64,000 nt of DNA from Eledone cirrhosa (Eukaryota). Shown piece after piece: positions 1-13,200 of this stretch (the first letter of the stretch is position 1; each line of letters starts with the position of its first letter). Under the pieces are notes generated by a model. That model worked only from the letters and a program-made list of their open reading frames with translations. It did no database searches and was not told the DNA's origin. The stretch covers positions 166,718,001-166,782,000 of the forward strand of contig OZ024740.1 in the NCBI GenBank assembly GCA_964016885.1, read 5' to 3'. The position numbers and the translations under genes are program-made.

Positions 1-49
1 AGCCTGCCGCCGCTAGCACCGCATCCAGGTAACCATGGTCGACCTATAA

Positions 50-50
<1 letters not shown>

Positions 51-100
<50 letters not shown>
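51..100. repeat. (GATA)n microsatellite
   Basis: Pure tagatagata... run. Confidence 0.95.
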
Positions 101-1943
101 CATTCATAATTTTAGTTCACCAATTGATAGAATTGGACGTTCCGCTTAGATAATCATGATGTAATAGTAGGAAAAGCACTCTACGTTATGCAAGTCATCC
201 ATCGTTAATATTGAATACTGTGGCTGGTGCAGGAACGAAGTTAAATATTGATTTGATTAAAACAACAAGAGAACGGTTTGGAGATATACTTCTATGTTGG
301 TGACAATGGCTCTGTATAGTTTCGGTCTACGTAATTTCAGAAGCAATGCGATGTTTGCAAATCATGGTTTTTTTTTATAACAGTTGCGTCCGTTAGAAAT
401 ACGTACAAATAATTATTCACTATTCCAATTACATACCAATCCACTTCTTAAGTAACTAAAGTAGATTAATTGATTATATTAACGACTAATATAGCAGGGC
501 CGCTGCCAGTTTTGAAATATGTTTTAGAACTATGGGAATGTATAGTTTGAATGGTTGAAAAAATAAATATATGAAAAGGAACCCACGCAAGATAAAACTT
601 TTTGTAAATAAGTTTGGTAACCGTTTCCGAAATATTGATATTGCAGGATATAAATACAGCATTTTACTTCCTTTCTACGAAAAGCAACAATGGTTCTTCT
701 TTATTTCTTATTTTTTATCTAAATATCCCTCACTCTTTTGAGAACAGTCAATGCTGAAACGCTTTTAGTTTGGGATGTTCACAATGAGATTTGAGTTGAT
801 TCTCAACAGCAACAAATTACCATCACAATGTTATAAAAATGAAATGCTAAATTCTTCCTTAAGTATAAGGCCAATAATTATATGGTAACTCTTATCATTG
901 AACCATTTAGTATAATTATACACTAAGGCCAGACGTATACACACATTCGACGACATATTTCTTCACTTGTCACGATGTCTCAAAGGTACTATAATGAGGA
1001 TTTTGAGGGATTTACAGAACCATCCATAATATTTATTTTCTTTGGCTCAAACAACACTAATTATAGGTGCGTCACTATTATTCGCTCCATTTCTATACCG
1101 CGTGATTGCAAAGATCAGGTGTGGTGAATACTATTCTATCGAACCAACAAGAAGGTGTCTTGTATAACATGCAGGAAACCAAATTATTCTCCTACAACAA
1201 TTCTATCACAAAACCATAGCATGTGTGAATTGAAGTAAACATAGGTTTTCCGCTGATTTGACGAGGAAAGGAAGGGTATCATCGTAATTATTTTGTCGAC
1301 ACCATATAGAGAGAAAATAATACACAGCTCTTGCAGGCATGATTAGTACTTGGAAAGAAATTTCATTTAAGTAAATAACACTAGATATTTTATGCGATGC
1401 AATGCAATACATTTTCAGACACCAGAAAGCGGAAGGTGGAGTGTTGTTTCGAAAATTGCAGAAGGGATTAACATTTTAAAGGTATTAATGCAATAATTTC
1501 TCTCATTCCTTTGCTTTTATATAGCATTAGATAAGGCGCTTTCAATTAGAATTATTATTCCAACTTAAACAATCCACTATATTTTTAATGCAAACTGGAT
1601 CTAGGACTGCAAGCCCCGGTTACGTTTTGCTTTTTTAAGACAGTGGAGTCGGATTTGAGGAAGATTTCGTTGCGATGTTTACTGGTTGACATAAATGAAA
1701 TAGAACAGCAGCCAAAACACTGAGGAAATATATGCATTTATTCTGAGACCAGAGACATTTTAAATTACATGCAAGGCACCCTACTCAAAGTATTAAGGTA
1801 TCATTCAGAAATACCTCATTTTTTTATCTCTCTATTCCTCTCACTTCAAATCTTTATGCCTCTGTCTTTTTATGTATATATATATATATACATATTAATA
1901 CACACATATATATGCATTTACGTATGTATGCATGTATGTTTAT

Positions 1944-1982
<39 letters not shown>

Positions 1983-2112
1983 CTAGCCAATTACCCGCAC
2001 CTTGCTGCGTTTCACACATTTTTTTTGTAAGAAAATGATGATTGATTTTAAATCAGTGATATATATATTATGGAGAAAAACTCTGCATTTCAATATTACT
2101 CGATATAAAATG

Positions 2113-2212
2113 TAATTGTTTCTACTTTTGGCACAAGGCCAGCAAATTACCCAGTGCATTACTGGTACTTTATTTTATCGACCCCGTAAGGATGAAAGGC
2201 AAAGTAAACCTC
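2113..2212 (-). mobile_element. SINE family A, 5'-truncated copy nested in the Helitron remnant
   Basis: Matches the window consensus tttctacttttggcacaaggccagcaa..ttacccagtg.attactggtactttattttatcgaccccgtaaggatgaaaggcaaag. Flanked by a duplicated ctc(g/a)atataaaatgtaat. Confidence 0.9.
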
Positions 2213-2411
2213 AATATAAACTCAATATAAAATGTAATGCATGAAAAATTGGAAAACATTATTTCTTGTAATATATCAAATCAAAATTACATTATTAAAT
2301 CTTATTCTTATTTTGTTTCTTGTAAATCATTTTTTAAAAATATCAATTCAAAACTTGATCATTTCATTTTTGTGTAAAGCATTATTTTCAAATTAGAAAT
2401 TCAAAGTTCAA

Positions 2412-2843
2412 TTATTTATTTTTTAACATAATAAATATATGAAAATATATTTCATATTTTGTCCTAATGAAGAACTTCAGGTTAAACAACATTTCTTGAT
2501 TGGCTAAAATGTAACGATTTTTTGAAGTTCCAGTCCTACAAACAGCCACATAAAACATGCTATGACTGAAACATGGGTTTGTCAGATCTATACCAATAAT
2601 TTTGAAAGTTTGACCTTGACTCTTATTGATGCTCATGGCAAAGCTTGTCCTCACTGGAAACTGCAGCCTCTTAAATGTAAAAGACAACTCGCTATCACTT
2701 GGTATAAGAATGAGAAGAGCTTGGCCTTTGTAAACCCCGAATATAATGGTTGCTTCAATTAAGTTCTCATGCAATCTTGTTACAACACATCTTGTTCTAT
2801 TTATTGGCCAAAACAATTTCAATATAAGCGGTTTAACCCCCAT
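2412..2843 (-). pseudogene. Helitron RepHel helicase C-terminal fragment
   Basis: QFPVRTSFAMSINKSQGQT and CFSH..FYVA.CR motifs. No Rep domain or upstream helicase motifs are present. Confidence 0.85.
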
Positions 2844-3299
2844 TAGTGTGTCTTAATATTATTGAAATTTGCTGAAGTTTTGTGAATAGGCATCATATCT
2901 TGTCTTATACCTATGGTTTAAATTTCATATAAATCGAAGGGAAAAGATTTCAGCGGGTGTTTGTGACCCCGGAGAACCCTTTTATTAAAATGAAATATAC
3001 TTATCCAAGTACCCTGAGTAATGTAGTTTCAGAATATATATGATCATCGGGGTCTATCTCCAAAACCGTGGGAAGAGTTCGTGAACAAACAAACAAACAT
3101 ACAAGAGGATAATTGTGATGCATCCTGTGATGTCCCTATGTGTACCTATGTGTCCCTATTATATACCGAAATTGTTTGGTTGTAGAAAGTAATTTCCATA
3201 GTGTACACCCTGAAATATGTTTTCCTCTTTAGGGAGTTTAATGTGTTTGGATGTAAAAGTTTCCGATTTTCGTTGCGACCGGGGTATTTTTCCATTCAG

Positions 3300-5000
3300 T
3301 TTAATCCTATTGTCATCTTTTGTGATCGCTATTCACAAAATGATTCAGAAACTGGTTAGAGATATTGTTTTCAAAACATAACAATCTGTAGGATAAGATT
3401 AGCGTAGAGCTAAGTTTACACATGCCCTCATTTGAAAATATCTCAGTGTTTATTTCATTTCCACTACTTTTCATGTCTTAGAGCTTAGTGTCAATGGCTG
3501 TTCACCACCTTCAAATTTTCTGAAAGACCTTTGTCGTCATTGATGTCACTTTATGAGATTGATCCAATAACATATTTTTAAGGTATCGAAATCTGCGTTT
3601 GATGGTTTTACCCAAAATCGGCTGCATATATCTCAGTAAAGCAGGACCGAGCAAAGTGAGTCTGTGGTCCGTCAATATTATCACTGAGAACCATACATAG
3701 CAAGTCCCCATAAACATCATTAAATATAATAAGGATATGTTCAATAAAGAAAGGTGAACTACTACTACTACTACTATTACTACTACTGCTGCTGCTACTA
3801 ATACTACTACTGCTGCTGCTACTACTACTGCTGCTGCTACTACTACTACTACTACTACTAGTACTACTACATGGAACCAAGTAAAATATTCCTCTTGTTT
3901 GCGCTTTTAAAACATAAGTGTATATTTGATATACTTTTCTTCATATCATTTATCTAAATAAAATAATGTCTGGCTCGATTATTGGATAACTGGTCTTTCC
4001 AACAGCAACAAAAATGACTAATACTGAAAAACCTTTCACTGTCCACGAGTCTTAAAGTAAATATTTCATTTGCCACCAACTTACGTATACAAAAGTAAGA
4101 TTAATGTCTTTATACTTGCACAGTAGAAAGTGACATCATTTACTGCTTTCTCAATCCTCCCTTTTTTTAAGTGCACATTCAAATTTCCTTTTATATCTCT
4201 ATGTGATAAAGACGTTGTTTTGAGAGCTGTAAGACTTTAGTTGATAATTTCATTTTAGCCTTACTCTGGAAGATAATATCCTTTATATTAAACGTTGCTA
4301 TCACCTACCTGTATTATTTATACACACCAACTACATTTTGCAGATTAGAAAAGATAAATATGAATAAAAATATAAATAAGTTCAAAATAAATTAAACGAA
4401 AACCCAGCTGAAAGAGATATGACAATAAATATAAACAAATGCTGCAAAACCATTTATGGATTTTGATATGTTAAAATAAATATGGTTTCAAACCCAGGCA
4501 CAAAATGAGACCCATTGAACACTGCATCAAATAAATTGCAAGATGCTATATTTTTTTATTTTTGATGATGATTTTATCGTTAGATCGGCATTGAAAAAAT
4601 TAACAATTATGAAAGCATCCGTCATTGCTCCTTGCATATTTTTTCTAAATCTGCAATATTTCATGTCTTTTTTTTTAAAGATGCTAGGGTGTGATTCCAG
4701 GGAAATTACGCTAGACATTATAGCAGATCGAGGAATCCTTCATTTGCATGGCTAGCGTTACTTTAGCAAACAAACCTATAACGAACGTCTTCCTGATAGT
4801 TCAACACTTATACCTGCTTCGAAAGATGTGCATTTAAAATCCCATTCTTCAATATGATTTAAAAAAAAACAACAATTATGTCTCATTACTTTGAATCTTG
4901 CATTAAATACAAGTATTGCACTGTAATGTGAACTATCGCTTACAGGTTTAGAAGGGTTATGTTTATATCTTTCATTAATATCATTAGCATCCGTGAATAA
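3300..5000 (-). mobile_element. Possible highly decayed hAT (ZMYM1-like) transposase relic
   Basis: Minus-strand fragments in the expected order: ANEGFLDLL*CLA*F (cf. N.GNFL.LL..LA.F), KIKKYSI..DAVFNGSH (cf. YFSI..D.T.D.SH), and a TRW-like actcgtgg at ~4043-4050. Many stops and frameshifts. Confidence 0.3.
3758..3870. repeat. (CTA/CTG)n trinucleotide microsatellite
   Basis: actactact/gctgctgct run; source of the poly-Ser ORF. Confidence 0.95.
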
Positions 5001-5331
5001 ATTACATACTGATTTTATTCAATTAGAAAAAAACGAATCCATAAATTTTAAAATAGGAAATTAGGACGTTTTATTCAATGTTCATATTGTGGGCTGTTAC
5101 TGAAACAAATGCTTATTGAAAACCTACGCTCTTTGTATCTGGCCATAAAGACACCACAGTGAACAGTAGAATTATTGTTTTATTGTTGCTAGCTTAATGG
5201 TTTGAAACATTTAGAGCTTCGCTCTAGAGCAAACAAACATTTATCTCTATTAACTCTGATGTGTAGGCATTTTTTTGCACCCATAACATAACATTATAAT
5301 CTACACACACACAACACAAGTCAAGACAATG

Positions 5332-6345
5332 GCTGCGTGGTTGCACATGGGTTACATATGAATAACATTAGTCCTTCATCAGTGATCTTCCAACCTTCAT
5401 TGGTATTTCTTCGCTTTAAAGATCATATACCTCTGTTTGGTACGAGCAATAACTAAAGAAAGTTATTGTGGCACGTAAAATAAGGTGAAGCGAGGGAGAC
5501 ATGTAAACAAATAAAGATGGTAATGCAACGGAAAGAGAGGAAGAGAAGAGACAAGTGCGTGATATCTATGAACTTAAGCTCGGTGAAATCATAGACGAGA
5601 GGTAAAGACCATCCGACCTGGGCAAGATGTGAGCGAGAAAAGGATTTCACACAGGTCAAACGGGAGGAAGTGAGAGAGGGGGAGAAGCAGAGTGAGTGAG
5701 TGAAAGGGTGAGGAGGAGGCCAGCTGAGAGAGAGTGACTGGCTATACCTCTGGTTGGTGCCAGCAATAACTGAAAAAAAAGATATTGGGACAGGTAAATT
5801 AGGGTTAAGCGAGCGAGACATGTAAACAAACGGAGATGGTAATGCAACGGAAAGATAGGAAGAGAAGAGACAAGTTCGTGATATCTATGAACATAAGCTC
5901 GATGAAATCACAGAGGAGGAGTAAAGACCATCCAACCTGGGTGAGATATGAGCGAGAAAAGGATTTCACACATGTCGAACGGGAGGAAGTGAATGAGGGG
6001 AAGAAGCAGAGAGTGGGTGGGTGCAAGTCTGAGGAAGAGGCCAGCTGAGAGAGAGAGTGACTGGCAGTGGGGGGCAATAAAAAGGTGAGAGATACAGAGA
6101 AAAGGGAAGCAGCGAAGGAAAAAATATAAATATATGAAAAAATGGCGTGCTGCGTGGTTTGCACATGGGTTACATATGAATAAAATAGTCCTTCATCAGT
6201 GATCTTCCAACCTTCATTGGTATTTCTTCGCTTAAAGATCATATACCTCTGGTTGGTGCGAGCAATAACTAAAGAAAGTTACTGGGACACGTAAAATAGG
6301 GTGAAGCGAGCGAGACATGTAAACAAACAAAGATGGTAATGCAAT
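5332..6345. repeat. Complex tandem repeat, ~320 bp unit in 2 full copies plus a partial third
   Basis: atacctct..ttggt...agcaataact...gagacatgtaaacaaa..agatggtaatgcaa recurs at ~5426, ~5743 and ~6243. Block 5332-5528 recurs at 6149-6344. Confidence 0.85.
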
Positions 6346-6398
6346 GTGTTTGTGTGTGTGTGAGAGTGCGCGCGTGTGTGCATATATATATATAATAT

Positions 6399-6671
<273 letters not shown>

Positions 6672-8956
6672 GGTATACATTTCAAACAGACGTGTATACA
6701 TGCATAATACGTCTATGTATATATATACATATATATTTATATATATACATAGATACATATATACATATATACCACACACATACCACACATACACACACAC
6801 GCACATACACACATATATATCTAGAGAGAGAGAAAGAAAGGGAGAGGGATGAGAGAGAGAGAGAGAGAGAGGAATTCAGTCAAACAGAGGTGTATACATG
6901 CCTAATACGTTTGTGTATGGATATATATATATTTATATGTATATATATATATATATTTATATATATACATATATACACACACATACACGCTCACACGCAC
7001 CCACACACACCACACACATATATATACATATTATAATTGTCTGCTTACTGTTTGACTGATGTTGCCTACCAGTGTACATACATAAAACTTCTCATTCTCT
7101 ACATGCCACACCACCCGGATTCCTCATAGAAAACTCCTCTCTTAACCCATGTCTCTCTCTCAAGCCGTATGATTCCTATTTTCCCCCAACTCTCATCTTT
7201 GCTATTGCTACAACTCATCTGTGTTATATTCAAATTTATTCCAACCGTGTTTCTCATCAAGCGTGAATAAATGCTTGCATGTGAGAAAAGGTGGCATTTC
7301 ATTTTGACCAAATGGTAAACTAAGGATTACTTCAACTCTTCCCACATAGTTTTCTGGTTTTCTCATTTAAACACACGAACCATCCCTCCTTCCTGTATTC
7401 CCAATAATCATCTCTGCTTTTCTTCCATTGTATGTTCTCTCTTTTTTCCTTCCCTTAACTCTATATATATTTCTTCTTTTCTATATTTCTTTCTTTCATT
7501 CTTCCATTTTTCTTTCCACCTCTTTGCCTTTTTCTTTATTCCATTATTTTCTTTTAATTTTCATTTTTTCACGTTTTACACTTTGTTATTTTGCTTTCTA
7601 TTTCCATTGTTCTTTGTTTCTTCTTTTCGTTTTTTTATTGTTTTGTGTTTTGAATTTCAGTTTTTATATGTTAAACATCTTCTGCTTTTTCTCACCCAGC
7701 ATATCTTCCCGCCTCATATCCTTCTTCCACTTCAAGTTTTTCTAGTCATTCCCCCTTCATTTCTCCTTCTTCAGCGATATTTACAACCTCCTTCTTTGTT
7801 TCATATTTTCATTGAGTCTCATTGAATTTTGTTGTGGTTGTTCTGTTATTATTTCACTAAATATTGGAAGAATATCTGAAAAAAATTACACTCAAACACT
7901 CACACGTTACCAACCAACGCATGTAATCAGTCATAGAAATTCGCACACGTACGTACATTTAATATAGTTTTAGAATAGTAAATATAAAACTATCAGGAAT
8001 ATGTCTCTTGGTAGTAATATACAAATATACATAAAACATACGTGAGAGGTTATTTCATTTTTCCTATGTTACTTTATGATAACAACGCTAGTATTGTTTC
8101 TTTTAGAGTATCACACATCAGAAAGATATATGAAGGTCCACAGCAAAACTCTATTTCAGACACATATTTACAGTTTCTGCTAATTCTTTGTCTTTTTTAA
8201 GTTTACAAGGAAGACGTTTCAATAATGGAATAATTTAATCTTTATTACACGCAGCCGTAGCATTTCTTAAGATATTTCGTTACCATCTTATACTGCCATT
8301 CAAACAGTACCGGAGCAACTATATTTTACATAAAAAAAATTCTTAGTCAACACAAGAGGCACCAGGAAAATACTGGAGTAACTTTAATAAAATATATCTC
8401 CAAACAAATATATATAAATTTATGTTTAAAGTATAACGGTTCAGAGAAATAACATTAAAGAATAAAGGCCCCATCATGTTCGTTTTTTACTAGTATCTTC
8501 TCCGGTCGATATATTTTATAGTATGCATGAACTACAATCGATTCTATCGACAATTCCCCACCAAAGTATATATGGTTTTCTAAATTGGCAAAACATTATA
8601 ATTAAACGCAATGACATTTAGTAATTAAGTGTGGCTGTTATTTTTGGCAAATATCTATTATGGTGTATTATCTCTCCTAAAGACTTTTACCAAATGTGAA
8701 AACGTATAGTTTAAAAAAATACTTGAATTAAAGAGATAGAAAGCAGCTATCTTGTATAGAGTTCCAACCCTACAATTAATCAAGTTCGGCCATGAAAGAC
8801 ATATTAATTACAAAATACTATGCAAAACAGAACGCACAACTATCATAACCCAGCGAAAACCTCGAATAGTTTTCATCTGAGATCACATATGAGGTATCTT
8901 TTACGTCGTGGCCAATATTGCTAAACATATCATCTTCCTTTCGCAGATCCAGACGT

Positions 8957-8958
<2 letters not shown>

Positions 8959-9016
<58 letters not shown>
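8959..9016. repeat. (TA)n microsatellite
   Basis: Pure TA run. Confidence 0.95.
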
Positions 9017-9020
<4 letters not shown>

Positions 9021-9534
9021 CATAGCATATTGAATAATATGAAAATAGATTCGTTATGACGAAATATGATATGGGTTTTTCCCATAGGATATGACTGCTA
9101 TATCAAGGCAGACCAGAGGGTAGACAACAGCAGCAATAACTAAGTTCCGTAGCCTACTGAGCCGGGTGGGCGTTAACCGTAAACATATATAAATACGGCA
9201 ATAATGATATTATTCCGAAACTCTTGTCTACAATAAAGTGGCAATAACAACTGTCACTAATAATTAATTCACCCAGAAGATAGGTCCACGAATATCTGGA
9301 AAGTTTATTGTTTGGAACGACATATAAAGGTATAATTAGGATACATAGAGATTTTGTAATAAATAAAATACGATAAAAATGTGGCCACGCGCATCCTTAA
9401 TAATATGTGACGAAAGTGCACACCCGTCGCGCACACACACACACACACATTGAATCACAATTACCGACACACAAATACACACAAACACACACACATACAT
9501 TGAATCACAATTACCGACACACAAATACTCACAA

Positions 9535-9584
<50 letters not shown>

Positions 9585-9757
9585 GTATATTCAATATGAC
9601 ATAAGACCAGTGTTAACAACTTACAATCGTTCTTTTAATTTTACGTCTGTTTCGATATGTTTACAATATACATGCATATGCAGAACTACTGGAAATGATT
9701 AGTTATCAATTATGAACAACAGACAATATCTATATCTACTTCATATTAAATATTAAT

Positions 9758-9888
9758 TGTTTCTACTTTTGGCACAAGGCCAGCAATTACCCAGTACATT
9801 ACTGGTACTTTATTTTATCGACCTCGTAAGGATGAAAGGCAAAGTTAACCTCGGTGGGATTTGAACTCAGATCGTAAAGGGACGTAAC
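9758..9888 (-). mobile_element. SINE family A, 5'-truncated, with 14 bp TSD
   Basis: Consensus match including the B-box (gggatttgaactcag = ctgagttcaaatccc on the minus strand). tattaaatattaat is duplicated at 9744-9757 and 9889-9902. Confidence 0.92.
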
Positions 9889-10381
9889 TATTAAATATTA
9901 ATACTCTGCTACCTGAACTGTCCTCAACAACATGAAATTGAACGGTCGATGACTTAGTCGTCTGTTTTAAACACCAGATAAACCGAGGATTGTACTGTGC
10001 ATAGAGCTTCTCTCACTTTACCAAAGATAATAGTGAAGTACTTTACTATAACAATTACAATGTCTTCACCTGAAATTGTATGTGTACTTGTCAAAGCTTA
10101 ATTGCTATAAGTTGCTGTTTTGTCTCGTATCTTACTCCATAAGGCAGTGTTTTGAAATGCGTGAGACGCTGTGACACCGGGTAGACCAGCAGTATCCTTG
10201 GTAAGGGTCGAAACTGCCAAGTCCATATTAATGGCCGATGAACCTAGAATTCACTTCTTTCACTTATACTTTTATTATCAAAAACTAAGTTTTTAAGTTT
10301 TCCTCTAAAAAATGTATTTTCTTTTTGTCGCGTGTTCTTTCGATGGGCTTGTCCTCTCTTTCCATATTTCATAAGTTTATA

Positions 10382-10425
<44 letters not shown>

Positions 10426-10430
10426 TAAAA

Positions 10431-10773
10431 TAATTGTTTCTGCTTTTGGCACAAGGCCAGAAATTATCCCAGTGTATTACTTGTGCTTTATTTTATCGAC
10501 TGCGTATGGATGAAAGGCAATGTTAACCTCGGCGGGATTTGAAATCAGACCATAAAGGGCCGTAACTCTTAATAATAATTGTTTCTACTTTTAGCACAAG
10601 GCCAGCAATTATCCCAGCGTATTATTGGTACGTTATTTTATCGACCCCATAAGGATGAAAGGCCAAGTTAACCTCGGGAGTGTGGGGGGGGGGTAACTCT
10701 ATGCTACAAAGGGGCGTAACTCTATGCTACAAAGCAGCATGACGTCCGACTCTCTACCGATACTGGCAATCCA
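10431..10773 (-). mobile_element. Cluster of SINE family A pieces (two bodies and one head) in a (TAA)n tract
   Basis: Bodies at 10431-10569 and 10577-10678. Head ...gtccgactctctaccgatactggcaatcca at ~10692-10773. Confidence 0.88.
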
Positions 10774-11639
10774 AATAATACTAACAATAATAATACAATG
10801 GACCTTCAAATGGTACCAAATTCATTTAAGTCGGCATCGCATGTATCCATTCTTTTGTATAATGAATGCTATCCTCTACAACTTTGCCATTAATGCAAGT
10901 ATGGTGAAAATACATCAACATATTATTAAAATAAATGCAAGGTGCGATAATATTCTGATGCGTAATGAATGGAAAATGCATACTATATAGACTATGCAAA
11001 AAATAGGAAGCCAATGTAACATATCGCGGCTCACAGAACTCTCTGTAGACATTGGAATTATATTCAAAGACATGAGAATATATCTAAATACACTATCTAA
11101 ATTCCTACTAGGATGTACAATACCCAATCTATTGGAATTTCGATTCAAATTAACTCTGCGGACAAACCGTATTTGTCGAAATAAATTAGGCTTCTTTAAC
11201 AAACAAAAATGAAACCTCAACTACACGACATATATATATATATATCAGCAACAAAATAGATCCTACCTGCGAGAAAATTGCGAAATTAGTAACTGAAATG
11301 TGATCAAATGAAAACAAAATTCAAGAATTTATCGCCAATATACTGGAATGAGAGGTAAAAATGATCAACCAAACTATAGCTCACGTGTAGTTTAGGAAAC
11401 ACTTTAAACTACTTACATCTGTTACACATGGAAGTGGTATTACGATAGAGTCGATAAAAATCCTACTGATAAGATGGTATATATTATTTATCAAGTTGCT
11501 AAATAAAAACTTACCATAAACTGAAGTTGCTATCTTATTGGCACTTACAGTATAAGGATGTAGTAATCATTCACCAACAGATCAAAGTAACAGACGCCAA
11601 ACGAAAGTATAACTCAGAAACAAAACATATTACCTCTCT

Positions 11640-13200
11640 CTCAAAAACGTTCTAAGACTTAGAAAAATTATCAGATATGAAGTGAAAAAGGAAACCATGA
11701 GCCTACCGTCACGACTGTATGGCAGAACATTCCAATGATATGGAAACTGTCAGAGAAAGATACTCAGCAGTATACTGATAGCTCTGGTTACGACAGGAAC
11801 ATAAATCTATCAAATGTTAGTTTGCACGAAGTCCACATGCTGCGTAAGGAAGCATAGCAGGCCTTACCTTCAAGGTTGTGAATGCTCATCCACGTGATTA
11901 TTTGGATTCATTCTTGTGGACACACTGGAATGTATATAAACCACACAGAGGCGACATATTATGGTTAAATTAGCTTAGAAATAAATATTGTCAAACCTCG
12001 CTCCTAAAATGTCATCAGTGAAGCTTACCAGTTAATGCTTGTAAAAATGCTGAATGGATAGCCACATAGGAAAACACATCAACACCAGTAGCTCTGTCCC
12101 CATCCGCCCCAAAAAATCAATGGATGCTGTATTCGCTGTACCACATCTGATTGGTATTTGCACTGACAATGCTTGTGCCTAAACAAGCCGGTCAAATGCT
12201 ATAGACTCACAGCATAAAAGAAATGTACACATTTTTTTTGAATATATTTCTACAAAATCAATGCAAAAGTGTCCTAACACTAACTAAAAGCTGAAAAATA
12301 ACAACTAGCAGCAAAACGAAATAGTTTATCTATGGAAATATCCTAAGGTGATACTATGTATGAGGAGTTGATTATCCTGGCATTGAATTATTTGTCAGCT
12401 CTAATAAGCAAATATAATAGAACATGATACGGTTAAGAGAAGTGACACATTATTGCCACCAAGATTTTACTTTTCGCAATAATCTTATGCTGCATTCAGG
12501 TAATATTCCCCACACCAATAGAAACTTTGAACAGGTCCTAACTTTTTCAGGGTTAGAAAGAACAGATTTTAGTCAGAATGTGTACTTATATTTTCACAGT
12601 CAATTGAGGAAATTTTGTCAACTAGACAAGTAACAGGGATATTTATTACCTGTCTCTCACCCCTGTCGAGATATCGGATTCTACAAATATTTAGAGATTG
12701 ATTGATGAGCTTGCTGAAAATATTGGTGATGTGGGTAAAGCTACATTCCTCAAACAATACTCCAGCATCCTTAAAAATACCGAATACAGAAACTTTCTTC
12801 TTTAATAAGGCTATGTACACAATTCTTTTGCAATCCAAGTGCTATTACCAGTATTTGGTATATTAGACAATATGCGTAGAGTTCTGCAGCTTAGAAATCA
12901 AAACGCGGGGGAAGCTATCATTTACTGTAACTGCCACATCACAGGATCTATGTTAAATGAGAGATTAGAGCATGGCGTTTTGTCGTCAGTTCAAATGGTC
13001 TTACAGTATAGCATTGTAACAGGCAAATAATAAAATGCGATACCAGCGTATCACATTCATACATAGCAGAAAAGAGAAACATCTTTAATGTAAGTGAGAA
13101 AAATCTGAACAGTTATTCTGAGTGTCGAACAGTGAAATGCGAGCGAAGATTAGTAGGAAAAACTACAGAAACAGAAACCTTCAAGAGAAGCACTCCCAAT
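11640..13200 (+). mobile_element. Decayed hAT-superfamily transposase relic
   Basis: LIGICTDNA at 12147-12173 (second catalytic D motif, cf. LIG..TD.A..M.G), a degenerate TRWLS near 12316, and VSHSYIAEKRNIF at 13048-13086 (cf. hATC PHSNA..ERIFS). Order and spacing are plausible. No TIRs found. Confidence 0.5.

Larger units (their letters stand above)
1983..3110 (-). mobile_element. Helitron remnant: 3' end plus C-terminal PIF1-like helicase fragment
   Basis: ORF 2412-2843(-) contains FKRLQFPVRTSFAMSINKSQGQT...CFSHSMFYVAVCR, matching helicase motifs V/VI of Helitron RepHel. On the minus strand the element ends ...cgcagcaaggtgcgggtaattggCTAG|T at 1983 (subterminal hairpin, CTAG, T target). The left end is well supported; the right end is approximate. 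Confidence 0.8.

Noticed and set aside
100-1450. Possible minus-strand piggyBac relic
   Set aside because: Motif similarity is too weak to support by eye.
5372-5390. Minus-strand CTGATGA (also 6193, 12012, 50535) as hammerheads
   Set aside because: No correctly placed GAAA or stems.
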